From NCBI GenBank assembly GCA_030704615.1, contig CM060734.1, forward strand, positions 37,944,001-38,008,000: a DNA stretch of 64,000 nt. The letters run 5' to 3'. The notes under the pieces are model-generated. The model was not told where the DNA came from. It searched no databases and worked only from the letters and a program-made list of their open reading frames with translations. Both the position numbers and the translations under genes were made by a program. Below, in pieces: positions 14,065-25,535 of the stretch; the stretch's first letter is position 1; the number at the start of each line of letters is the position of its first letter. The DNA is from Takakia lepidozioides (taxonomy: Eukaryota > Plantae > Bryophyta).

Positions 14065-14779
14065 TAACAATACTCATGGGCAATAACATCCAACATTAAA
14101 GGAATGGGGAGGAAATAGATCTCTTATACTTATTTGAGACTGATGTGAAAGTTGAGTCAAATGTATGTTATGCAAAGTTAGGTGGTTGCGGTGGTGTAGA
14201 ACTCACATAATACATCTATGAGAAAAAATGTGACGCATGGATCTGAAAATGAGTCTTCGATTAAAGCCAGTCCACTCAACGAAAGATTATGAAACTCGCA
14301 GATATTGTGACATAGATTCAGGCATGTTGGAGTATTGCAGAAAATCAGATGGGATGATTGTTCTTAAGGTCATTGACTTCCTAGCTTCTTTCAATTGAGA
14401 GATTCCACCGATTCGGAACAAGACCCACCAACGAGGTCAATAAGGACGACAAAAAGGCTTATAGGACTTGAGAGAGAGAATCGTAATTAGTGAATTTTTC
14501 TCTTAGTTATTTGAGGGACATTAATGGACAAAATCGCCCTCATCCATGGATTACGTAAATTGCCCCTAGCAAATCTTGTAATCTTGGATTAAGCATTTGC
14601 TGAGTTTCCATACCGTAGGACAACCAAATGCCTTCCGTCACCATTTATTTACTCACTACTATGTCATAATCTCACTAATGCCTCTGAATGCGATCCGTGG
14701 ACTCATATATTACTTCACTCGCATCAATGATGCCTAAGTCGAAATAGCAAATAGAAGAATGAAGATCCAAAAGAGGAAG

Positions 14780-15030
14780 TTCCCATGCATGGATATTGTT
14801 CTTCAGTAAAGCCCCACAAAGTAAATCCCAATTGGCTTTTTCAAAGTCAAGCATAAGCAGGGCTAAAGGTTGACTAATGCTTGCCTTGCGCAAAGCTTCA
14901 TTCACAAAAGCAAATTGTCCACCTGGATCATACGATTCTTGAGATAAACCCGTTTACTCAGGCATGATGATTTTGGGAAGAAGAGATTGGAGTGGAGTGC
15001 CAAGGTCTTCGCAATAATCTTGTAAGACGC
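14780..15030 (-). pseudogene. L1-type LINE reverse transcriptase fragment
   Basis: LALLMLDFEKA..W motif, preceded by degraded sequence resembling YKIIAK..A..LQ.LLPKII. Confidence 0.6.
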
Positions 15031-15089
15031 CCAACACACTATATTTTTACTAAGAGTCTGACCTCACTCTTTCTCATTCAAAATCACCC

Positions 15090-15190
15090 TTGAACCAACT
15101 AATCCACCTTATCAAAGTTCGTTTCACATATTGGTATTACTGGCAACGAAGCAGCCGACCTCCTAGCCCAACAAGGGGCCGCCCGGCCCC
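15090..15190 (+). pseudogene. RNase H C-terminal fragment (non-LTR retrotransposon type)
   Basis: With one frameshift it reads LIKVR.HIGITGNEAADLLAQQGA, the KxxxHxGxxGNExADxLA motif. Confidence 0.7.
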
Positions 15191-15338
15191 CAGTAGATCC
15201 CACGTCGGATCTCATTCACATTGCACACACCCACCCATTCTGGCTAATACACCCCATACCAGAGCCCCATGAGCCTCGACCAATCCGCAACCTCCTAACC
15301 GTACTTACTCGGGAGGCTAACAAACAAGCCTCGGCTTC

Positions 15339-16185
15339 TGTTAGTCACACCAAAATACACATCCAGAAATGGACGCAATCTGCAGTACTACATCATAAAT
15401 TATCAAACCACTTCTGGCACACCAAAGTCGTAACTGATGCACAAATACGACAAATTTTGAAATTCCGATACGCTTAATACATGGGCAACCAACGCAAACA
15501 CATTTTCTGGCCACGCCTATTCTCCCTCTTTCTACTCAGAGATGCACTCTCCGCTTCATTTCCCCCCAGTGATGCCAGCAGTCCTCCCAGAAGTAGTCCC
15601 CCTAGACCTCCCCGCTATTGTTTTTTCTACCTACAAGCTGTTCTAACCGCTTTCCTAACTAACCGTCATCCCTGTAGTACATGTTCCTTTTTCAGATGTC
15701 GTTTCCCCACCGTCGTTCCCTGCCAATGATAACTGTTCCCCAACTGTGTCGAGCTGTGACTGGCTGTATCAGGCTGTGCCGGGCTGTGACTGGCTGTGTC
15801 GGGCTGTGTAGGGCTGTGCGAAGCTGTGGTGGCTGTATCGGGTTGTGACTGGCTGTGTTGGGCTGTGTCGACTGTGCGAAGCTGTGACGGCTGTGTCTGA
15901 CTGTGTCGGCTGTGTCGGACTGTGACGGGCTGTGTTGGCTGTGCGAAGCTGTGACGGGCTATGTTGGTTGTGACGGGCTGTGTTGGCTGTGACTGGCTGT
16001 GTTGGACTGTGACGGGCTATGATGGACTGTGACGGGCTGTGATGGACTGTATTGGGCTGTGTATCTCCCCCCCTAAAGCCTGTTGCTGTCACCCCTAAGG
16101 CTCCTGTTGGTCTCAGTCTATGTAAAAATTAAGGGTACCCCACAGATCCCGTAAAAGCGTCTCAGTCCCAAGCAGCCCTCTAACA
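15339..16185. repeat. LTR copy 1 (TGTTAG...CTAACA termini) with internal GGCTGTG-type minisatellite
   Basis: Inverted 6-bp termini. 15521-16185 is a direct repeat of 24709-25335. Flanks gcttc/gtttg do not form a clean TSD. Confidence 0.75.
15743..16062. repeat. 9-10 bp minisatellite (consensus about GGCTGTGAC/GGGCTGTGTT); second array at 24931-25212
   Basis: Directly visible tandem units. The two arrays differ in unit number and order. Confidence 0.95.
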
Positions 16186-16257
16186 GTTTGTGTTTATGTG
16201 GTGTAGTGATGCATATACAAACCAAGTCTGTAGAGGTTGAACAATTTTGAACCAGGC

Positions 16258-18022
16258 ATGGAGGAAGATGTATTTCAAACTCCTCCAAACAGTCCTATTA
16301 ACCTGTTGGCTGAGGATGTTGAGGCTGGTCTGATAAGAGAGAGTCCAACTAGGACTATATTCTTGGATCCAAACTCCATTTGTAGGGCCATTGATTCAGA
16401 AACAAACACTCTTGCGGTGAACAATTTCATTTGGAGCTGGCTGTTGAGGCCCGACGAAACCGGGCTCCGCTACCTTCGCTGGGTGCAAAAGAGGCAAAAG
16501 CGCTTGCGAACTCCAGGAAAGCGGCAGAGCTTGCTCAGGCAGGAATTCAGGAGAAATTGAATGAGAAGAATAAAGGCCAAAGGAAAAAGACAAGGAAACA
16601 GGTGAGTACAGTAACACCCAAAAAACAGAAAACCATTGGGGCATCGGAGGAGGCGCAGGAGGGGACCCAAGGGAGTGACTCGGACGACGACTTTGTTCAA
16701 GGTCCTGCGACTGCTGTTGCTGCTACCAAGTCACCGGTCGTCCGGGTTCCCAAGTCAGTTCGGAGTGGGACTGGCTCTGCCAAGAAGTTGGCATTTGAGG
16801 ACGAACCTACACGGCGGTATTCGGCGGTGACGTTTACGCACAGGCCAAAGCTAGAACCTCCAACCATCATCCAATGCGTCAATGAGAGCTTCCTTGACGC
16901 TCTCGCTGCCAGGGCGAAGAAGGTGGCACACAACAAGTCTCTGGCGGAGCAGAAGGGGAAAGCCAAGAAGAGGGCTGCCGGTACAGAGCCTAAAGACACC
17001 CCTGATTTTGAAGCCATGATGGAATTCTTCACGGTTGTGAGCACGGATTGCAAGAGCACTCGGGGGGGGGGGGGGGGGTGGTGTTGTTGAGGTGGAGAGA
17101 GCTTGCGATATGATTCTCCTTGACATTCCAGATGGGGAGCTGCTGGAGGGCCTGGATGGTGTGCCCACCAGGAACAGGTTTACTGAGGACTACTGGAAAG
17201 CCGGGTTTGGGCTGGCGGGGATGCTCCTGGATGACGGTGGATGTGTGGTTGTCCTTGCCACAAGAGGGAAGACCACAGAGAATGCGGTGGCAAGATGGAC
17301 ACCGAAAAGTGTCACCCCGGTCCTCCTCAGAAAATGGTTCTGCATCAATACACAGGGGTTGTGAACAGAGGGCCAAAGTGTAAGTTATCAATCTATTGCA
17401 TTCACCTCATATTGTGGTGTATCTAAACTAGATCCTGGAGTTGATCCCTCTTTTGTTGGATGTGCAGACATTGGTGTTTGAGGCATATTGCTTTGTGAAG
17501 AGAGGGTCTTCTTTCAAATTCCGCAACGACGGTCGTCTTGTTGATGCCGCTGTGGACCCTGTTACCTACGATGTCCTCTACAACTATGTGCCCCACTCCA
17601 GTATGCCGAAGGACACAAAGACAGGCAAACCGTGGCAGTACAGTCGGACCCGGAGCCCTGCTTTCATCCAAACCCTCATGGAGACGTGCTCGGATGTCCA
17701 AGGGCGGATTCTGGACCTCACATGCGGCACGGGTAAGCCTTCACGTGCTCAGTTTGTCCCCTGGCCCGATTGCAATTGCATGCCGCAAGCTATTAACCGC
17801 CCGTTTTATTCCTCAGGTGCTTCAATGTGGGCAGGGACGTTGTCCGACAGGCATGTGTTCGCCTTCGAGCCAGATATTGCCCTCCACAACTCGGAACTTG
17901 CAGCGGCTGAACGTCTGCCAAAAGAGGAAGAGGCATCCTCGGAGGATGAGGAAAAATCCGAGAAGGAGCAGGGGGAGGAACAAGTTGGGATCGAGGCCGA
18001 GGAGCCCCCGGTGTACGAATGA
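16258..18022 (+). pseudogene. Beta-class amino (N4-cytosine/N6-adenine) DNA methyltransferase-like gene with two spliceosomal introns (17380-17467, 17733-17816); this copy is disrupted
   Basis: Motif-IV-like DMILLDIPDG, then LLDDGGCVVV. After splicing it reads RSPAFIQTLMETCSDVQGRILDLTCGTG/ASMWAGTLSDRHVFAFEPD, matching the N6_N4_Mtase C-terminal pattern (KP..L...I...S..G..VLDPF.GSG.T..A....R...G.E.D). Frameshifts near 16430 and at poly-G 17063-17078; in-frame TGA at 17362. Confidence 0.7.
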
Positions 18023-18148
18023 GTGGTTGCATTGTAAGTTGCCTCCAGATTTCGTGAGGCACCTCCCTTCGCTCTCTTATTTCATTGAAAACCCTTTCTG
18101 TTTCTGCTGGTATTGACATTCTTGAAGTGGATTTGTTCTTACTGTAAG

Positions 18149-18598
18149 ATGCCAAGTACGGTAGGAGGGACGTCTACACCGGAGTTCATGGGCAGGATGA
18201 ACGTGCCTTTTTTTGCCAGGGGGGATTTCATGCCTAGTCCAGAAAGGGACTACATCCTTCCTACTTATGCTGCCCGGCTTGCTTCGGTGTCCATTAGGAG
18301 GTGTTCCGAACCTAGTCGTGTACAACAGATTTTAGACGAGGCAAGCCTCAAGAAAATGAAGATGAGGGAGGAGGCAGCAGCTATTAGAGCCCGTCGGGCT
18401 CGTAGATTTGTCTTGGATTCTGCTGAGGAAAGTGGGGGAGAAGAGGCAGAAGATTCCCAGGAGGTGAGGTGGATAGTCCCCCAAGGAGAGGACGGCATTT
18501 TTGAGAGGCATACTGCAACCGATGCATCACAGAGCTCGGAGGATGGGGGGGATGAGGGGGATGAGGAAAAAGGAGGCCAAGTTCCTCGGAAGGTGTAG
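18149..18598 (+). CDS. Small hypothetical ORF between the methyltransferase and gag (helical, acidic C-terminus)
   Basis: Open frame of 149 aa, closely spaced with its neighbours; contains RRARRFVLDSAEESG. Confidence 0.45.
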   Translation: MPSTVGGTSTPEFMGRMNVPFFARGDFMPSPERDYILPTYAARLASVSIRRCSEPSRVQQILDEASLKKMKMREEAAAIRARRARRFVLDSAEESGGEEAEDSQEVRWIVPQGEDGIFERHTATDASQSSEDGGDEGDEEKGGQVPRKV

Positions 18599-18693
18599 GA
18601 GAGTAGTTCCCATTCCTGCTATGACAGTTAGGACACACTTGTATAGACGTGGCTTGCCACAAAATTTGCAATAAAATGTTGCATTTCATTGCT

Positions 18694-21600
18694 ATGACGA
18701 GTCCACATGACCCTATTTCCGTGCCTCCTAACCCTATTTCCGTGGACAGACAATGGCCCGCTCATGCTTTTTTTTTTCCCGCTCATGCTCATGCCGCTCA
18801 TGAAATAGCAGCCCCCTCTGGGGGGACAGGGAATGTGGGAAGTAGTGCAACTGGAGCTGGGAATACTATGAATATAGTGGGGCCAGTAGCAGGGAGTGCT
18901 CAGGGGCCAGCACCTGGTGGGAGTTCCACCACTACAACAGGTCCTCAAGGACTAGCACCCGTAGGGGGACCAGCACCTATCAGTGGGCAGAGTGTAGGGC
19001 CGCAGATGGCGGTACAACCATCCCGGGCAAAACCACCTTTTCCAATATATATAGGAAAATGGGATCCTGATGTACACATCAGCCAATTTGACCACATGTG
19101 TATTGTGAACAATGAAAATGGCGATGATGCCAAGATGAGACTGTTTCCATGTTCACTTATTAAGAAAGCAAGTGAATGGTATGCAAGATTCCCTGATAAT
19201 CATTTCCTGACCTGGAATGGCCTTAGTACGGCATTCCGAAATAGGTTCAGGACAAGCAAAACTGAGGACGAAGTGTATGGAAGTTTACAACAGTTGAGGC
19301 AAAAGAAGCATAAAACTGTTGAAGAGTACATGGAAAAAATGGAATTAATGATGAAAAAGCTGGCCGCTGTACCAGCACCAGGGTTACAGAAGACTTGGTT
19401 TGTGAGTGGACTAAGACCAGAGTTGCAAAAGAAAGTGGATAGGCTACCACATAATACAGTGGAGGAGGCATTTGAAACAGCTAACAGAATTGAGCAATTG
19501 GGAATGCTCAAGAGAGAGAAAAGGGAGGATGAGGACTCTGGGGTCAGACGAGGAAGAAGAGCAAGAGCTCAAGAGGAAGAGTGAGAAGAAGGAAAAGTTG
19601 AAGAGGGATAACTATGAGAAAAGATTGGAAGAAATCTCGAAGAAGTATGCCACAGAGGCTGCAACACATTGGAGGAAGGGTGTTTGGTGTGCAAAATGCC
19701 AGAATGAAGGCCATACCACAGCTGAATGCCACATGAAAGAGAAACACTGTACTATCTGTAAAATGGATAACCATTCCACTAAGAATTGTTATTACAACAG
19801 AAGGACAGCTGCAAGAGAACCTAGGCAAGTAAGGGTGCATCAAGTGCAGCCCCAGCCAAGAAAAAATAGTGATCAGGACCACTATGGTAGGCCTAGTGGA
19901 TATAACAATGGTATGGAAGGGAGAGGTAATCCAAGAGGGAATTACCAAGGCAATTCCACGGGCAACTATCAGGGTAATCCAAGGGGAATTATCAGTCAGG
20001 GAATCAGGATTAGAGAAATAATCCCAAAGCAGATCAAGGGCGAGGACCCAATGGTGAAGAACTGTGTTACTACTGTAATCAGGCTGGACATCGCAAGGCA
20101 ACCTGTCCATTCTGGATCAGACACCAGAATGAAATGAGAGCTCCTGTGAATGAGGGCCCAATGGTGGCAGCTCACATGGTTAGGCCATGTTTTGTACCGG
20201 AAGTGAGTACAATGATAGTGACCAGAAGCAAAGCTAAACTAATACCTCCAGTGGATGAGGAAGAGGATGGTAATGAGGATGGCAGTGATGTGCCTGAAGA
20301 TGATGAGGCTTGGAGAGATGAGAAGGAACTGCACAAGGAAGTGGCTGATACCATAAGGGAAATGCTAAAGAATACTGATATCCTTATGGCAGATTCTTCT
20401 GATTCAGATGGAGAAGATGAAGAGAGTGAAGATGAAGTGAAGAAAGAAACTGCACAAGTGCAGAGTAATGAAGGGATTCTGGCTGAAATAATATGTCAGA
20501 CCAAAGCTGAGATTACCATTGGACAGCTATTGGCTGTGGCACCTCATTGTAGGCACAGGCTATATCAAGCAATTAATCAGATTGCTCATGTGACAAAGAA
20601 CACAGACCTGAACAGCAAGGTGACAAGCTATAATGTGAAGCCAGAAGGGCGAGAAACAGTCATGGACTTTGATGATTCTATGCCAGTAATCCAATTGAGA
20701 ATTGGAAGCACAGACTTGACTGATGTACTGATAGATGGAGGCTCAGGAGTGAATATCATGACAGACCAATTAAGGCAAAAGCTTGGTCTGAGTAGTATGA
20801 AACCAGCCCCATTCACAGTAACAATGGCAGATCAGAGGAGTGTACAGCCTTTAGGCTTGATAAGAGGAGTTAAGATACAGATTCAAAAGATGATCTTTAA
20901 GATCACAGTAACTGTGTTGAAAATGGATGATGTTATGGAAGCTTACTCCTTATTGCTGGGTCGACCATGGCTGAAACAGACCAGGGTATTCCACAACTGG
21001 AATTCCCAATTACTGACTGTGCATGATGGGAAGCACAAGAAACAGGTCACCACTAAGAAATCTAGTAGGCTACTTGCTACCGGAAGACCTCGTGGAGTCA
21101 GAGAGTATGACCGGAGGGGAGGACTTGATGAGGAGCAAGAGGCTACCATGTTTGCTGCACACCCAGAGTGGGAGCAGGTTGCAGAAATGCAACTGGAAGG
21201 CCTAAGTTGTTTAAAAGGTATATGTTGTGGTGTAGTAACAGCAACACCAATTGAGGATGAAACAAGCAGTTACCCACCACATTTCTATGAGGAAAGAGAG
21301 GGAGAAATGGAAATCCTAGAAGAACCAGCCACTGTAAATTTACAGGATGAAGTAGTGACTGGTTGGACAATCACAGCTAATGAGCAAGTGAGAGAAGTGA
21401 ATGTGGGAACTGAGGAGGAACCGAGAATGGTGAAAGTGGGGGCTGACTTGGAGCCATAATTCTTTGAGGAAGCCAAGAGTTTGTTCATCAAATACAAAGA
21501 TATATTTGGACCTGAAAGGGATACCACCTGAGATCTGTCAGCATAAGATTGAATTGGAACCAGGGTCAGTACCAATCAAACAGGCAAGGTACAGAATGAA

Positions 21601-24210
21601 TCCCAACTATGCATAGAAGGTTGGGGAGGAGATCAAGTAGATGGCTGAGGTTAAGTTCATATACCCGTTAGAGTATACAACATGGTTGTCACCCATTGTG
21701 ATAGTTCCCAAAAAGAATGGTAAACTGAGAGTGTGTGTGAACTATAAGAAGTTGAATGCTTGTACAAAGAAAGATCCCTTCCCTTTGCCATTCACAGAAG
21801 CGGTGCTGGACACTGTGGCAGGCCATGAAATGTACTCATTCATGGATGGCTTCAGTGGGTATAACCAAGTGCAAGTGGCAGAAGAAGACCAGGGAAAGAC
21901 AACTTTCATCACAGACTCGGGTGCTTATGCATACAAAGTCATGCCTTTTGAACTTTGTAATGCACCAGCAACTTTTCAGAGAGTGATAAGTGAATCTTTC
22001 CATGAGTATCTGGATGATTTTATGCAGGTGTTCTTAGATTACTTCAGTGTGTACAGTTCTAAGAATGAGCACTTGCATAAATTGGAGTTATGTTTGGCCA
22101 GATGCAGGATGAGAGGTCTGGGCCTGAATCCAGAGAAGTGTACTTTCTGTGTGAACTCAGGGGTACTTTTGGGACACATTGTGTGTAAGAGGGGACTGCT
22201 TGTGGATCCTAGAAAGACAGAGGCTATTAAAGCCTCTCCGCCACCAGGAAATGTTAAGAGTCTAAGGAGATTCCTTGGACAAACTAGTTATTACAGAAGA
22301 TTTGTCAGACGGTATGCACAGATAGCAGCACCATTGAGCGGGCTTCTGAAGAAAGATGCAGTGTTTGCATGGACAGCTGACTATCAATAGGCTTTTGAGG
22401 AACTTACATTGTCAATAACAACTACACCTGTGCTTATTAACCCTCACTGGCATGTAGTATTTCATGTTCACTGTGATGCCTCAGGAGAAGCATTGGGAGC
22501 AGTGTTAGCCCAAAATGTTAAAGGAAACATAGATTCACCTGTGTACTATGCTAGCAGATTGATGAACAGTGCTAAAAGGAACTATAGCACAACTGAAAGA
22601 GAAGCATTGGCAAAGATTTATGCAGTCAAGAAATTCAGGCATTACCTATTGGGAAGAAGTTCATGTTTTATGTGGATCATCAGGCTCTGGTTTATCTGGT
22701 GAACAAGCCTTTGATAAGTGGCAGGATAGTTAGACGGTTAATAATCTTGCACGAGTTTCAGTTTGAAGTTGTTTACAAGCCTGGCCGTTTGCATCTTGTG
22801 GCAGATCACTTGTCACGCCTACCAACAGGAGAGGCCGCCACGGGAGTAGACGACCAACTACCTGATGTGAGTTTATTTGCAGTGGAGGTGCAGGGAAGTG
22901 CAGATGATTGGTTAGATTGGCAGTGACCAATCAGATACTACCTTACTCATGGTCAGTGCCCACCTAGTTATGGGAAGGAGCAGAGGAAGAGAATAGTTAT
23001 CATGGCTTTACCTTACACTATGATAGGGGGCAGAATGTATAAGCTAGGACCTGATGGAGTTCTTAAACGATGCTTGTACCACCATGAAGTAGATAAAGTT
23101 TTGGAGGAAGTTCATAAAGGAGTGGTTGGAGGTCATTTTGGAGACGAGACTACCAGTAGAAAGATACTACTTGCAGGTTACTGGTGGCCTACTTTGTTCA
23201 AGGATGTACACAAATATTGCAAGAGTTGTGATGAGTGTCAGAGGCTAGGACCATTGTAGAGATCTGGGAAGATGGCTTTGCATCCTATGATGCCTACTGA
23301 ACCATTTCAGAAATGGGGACTAGACTTTGTTGGACCAATTAATCCACCAGCCAGAAATACACAGAAGAAGTATATAATCACAGCCACTGATTATACTACA
23401 AAGTGGGTGGAAGCTAAAGCTCTGAGGGACAACACAGCTAAGTCTACAGCAAGGTTCCTGTATGAGAACATACTTACATGATTTGGTTGTCCCCTGGAAT
23501 TTATCAGTGACCAGGGAAGTCACTTCATTAATGAGACCATAGAACGATTGACAAAAGAGTTCATGATTGTGCATAGGAAGAGTATATCCTATTACCCACA
23601 GGGTAATGGGCAGGCAGAGGCTAGCAACAAAATACTATGTATTATCTTGGCTAAGATAGTTAATGCAAACAAAACCGATTGGGATACAAAGCTGCTGACA
23701 GCTTTGTGGTCATACAGGACTTCATATAAAGTCACCACTAAGTATACACCATTCCAATTAGTTTATGGTATGGAAGCTTTACTTCCAGTGGAGTTCTTGT
23801 TACCTACCATGAGAACTGAATGGGGAAGGAGAGGGGAATTGGAAGATTCACTTAAGGTCAGGAAACATGAATTATACCATGTGGAAGAAGTACGTGCTGA
23901 TGCAACAGACAACATGACCAGAATTCAGATGAAGAGGAAGGATTAATTTGATGAAGGTAAATTAAAGACTTTTAAGATGGGAGATTTGGTACTGTGGTTG
24001 TAGAAGAAGGGAAAGACTAAAGCTTCTAAGCTTAAATCATCATGGAAAGGACCTTATATCATACAAAAGATGTAAGATAACAACACCGCCATGATACAAT
24101 CTATTAACAAAGAGATGTTGGGAAGAGTCAATGCCAATAAGTTGAAGGGATACAGTGGTATCCATGACAAACCATTGCGGCACGATTTGCATGTTGAAAC
24201 ACAAAAATAG
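18694..24210 (+). mobile_element. Ty3/Gypsy gag-pol (non-chromovirus-like), decayed: Gag with three CCHC knuckles, protease, RT, RNase H, integrase
   Basis: Retrotrans_gag-like KMRLFPCSL..KASEWY. Knuckles CAKCQNEGH, CTICKMDNH, CYYCNQAGH. Protease LIDGGS. RT WLSPIVIVPKKNGKLRVC, MDGFSGYNQ, NAPATFQR. RNase H CDAS, NYSTTERE. Integrase [25 protein letters not shown]. Many stops and frameshifts. Confidence 0.95.
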
Positions 24211-24684
24211 TCACGGGCTACACCGGGGATACCAACGGAGTATGGAGCACTTGTCATTAAGCCGAGTGTGTATGGCCAGGGCGGAAGGTATGTCGAGCGG
24301 CTTTTACTCACCCATCCCTTCGCTATCCGAGGTGGGAACTCCAAGATAGAAGAGTTGGAAATCTCTAAGCACTCAGCCCGCTCAGAACAATCAGTCATGA
24401 CCTACAGCTAGTGTATCATGGGGGTGTTTCCTATTTGTATTCCTTCCCGTATTCATGTTAGCTAGTTACCTTACTGTTGGTATTTAAGTATCAGATTGCT
24501 TCAGCAATCTATCGGATTCCATCAACTCATCCATTCATTCCACAGCTTCACTCAGATTTCTCTACACAGTGTGAGTATGAAGTATGTATCAGATTAATAT
24601 CTATCAAGTATCAGGCTGAAGCCATGGAGTCTCTAATCTGCTCTACATTACAACTCTACTGCTTGCATTCATCAAGCATCAACA
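24192..24684. repeat. Possible additional LTR-like segment (TGTTGA...TCAACA)
   Basis: Inverted 6-bp termini and a TATTTAA box at 24481. No TSD, no PPT and no second copy seen. Confidence 0.3.
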
Positions 24685-25335
24685 GATCGTTCTCCTCCTA
24701 CTCCGTGCTCTCCCTCTTTCTACTCAGAGATGGGCTCTCCGCTTCATTTCCCCCCAGTGATGTCAGAAGTCCTCCAAGAAGTAGTGATCCCTAGACGTCC
24801 CCGCTCTTCGCTTTTTCTACCTTCAAGCTGTTCTAACCGCTTTCCTAACTAACCGTCATCCCTGTAGTACACGTTCCTTTTTCAGATGTCGTTCCCCCAC
24901 CGTCGTTCCCTGCCAATGATAACTATTCCCCAGCTGTGCCGAGCTGTGACTGGCTGTATCAGGCTGTGGTGGGCTGTGAATGGCTGTGTAGGGCTGTGTC
25001 TGACTGTGTCGGCTGTGACGGGCTGTGTTGGCTGTGCGAAGCTGTGATGGGCTGTGTTGGACTGTGATGGCTGTGACGGCTGTGTCGGCTGTGCGAAGCT
25101 GTGACGGGCTGTGTTGGCTGTGACTGGCTGTGTTGGACTGTGACGGGCTGTGATGGACTGTGACGGGCTGTGACGGCTGTGTCAGGCTGTAATGGACTGT
25201 GTTGGGCTGTGTATCTCCCCCCCTAAAGCCTGTTGCTGTCACCCCTAAGGCTCCTGTTGGTCTCAGTCTGTGTAAAAATTAAGGGTACCCCACAGATCCC
25301 GTAAAAGCGTCGTAGTCCCAAACAGCCCTCTAACA
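24456..25335 (-). repeat. LTR copy 2, probable 3' LTR of the minus-strand DNMT element (left boundary uncertain; homology to copy 1 starts at 24709)
   Basis: Begins TGTTAGAGGGCTG on the - strand directly after a polypurine tract. A TGTTAG at 24456 could be the other terminus. Confidence 0.7.
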
Positions 25336-25353
25336 TTTACCCCTTCCCCTCTC
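25336..25353 (-). promoter_or_regulatory. Polypurine tract (PPT)
   Basis: The - strand reads GAGAGGGGAAGGGGTAAA and abuts the TG of the LTR. Confidence 0.75.
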
Positions 25354-25535
25354 AAAAAATCGTGTCCTCACGGTTTACTATTTGGGATTTGGAAACCTTT
25401 GTGAGCGAGCACCATTCTGACGGTAAGAGTCTCGTGAAGGACTCTGCGTGCGAGCCCGAGGTCTGTCACTGGTTGACGGATTGAGCACTACCTGGAAATG
25501 TCAGTCCTTCCTTTGGCTGATATCGAGGTAATCTT

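Noticed and set aside
15769-16092. Repetitive ORFs (also 24856-25242)
   Set aside because: These are translations of the LTR minisatellite.
15339-25335. A simple intact LTR retrotransposon
   Set aside because: No TSD, no PBS, PPT on the opposite strand, and the left parts of the two LTRs are not homologous.
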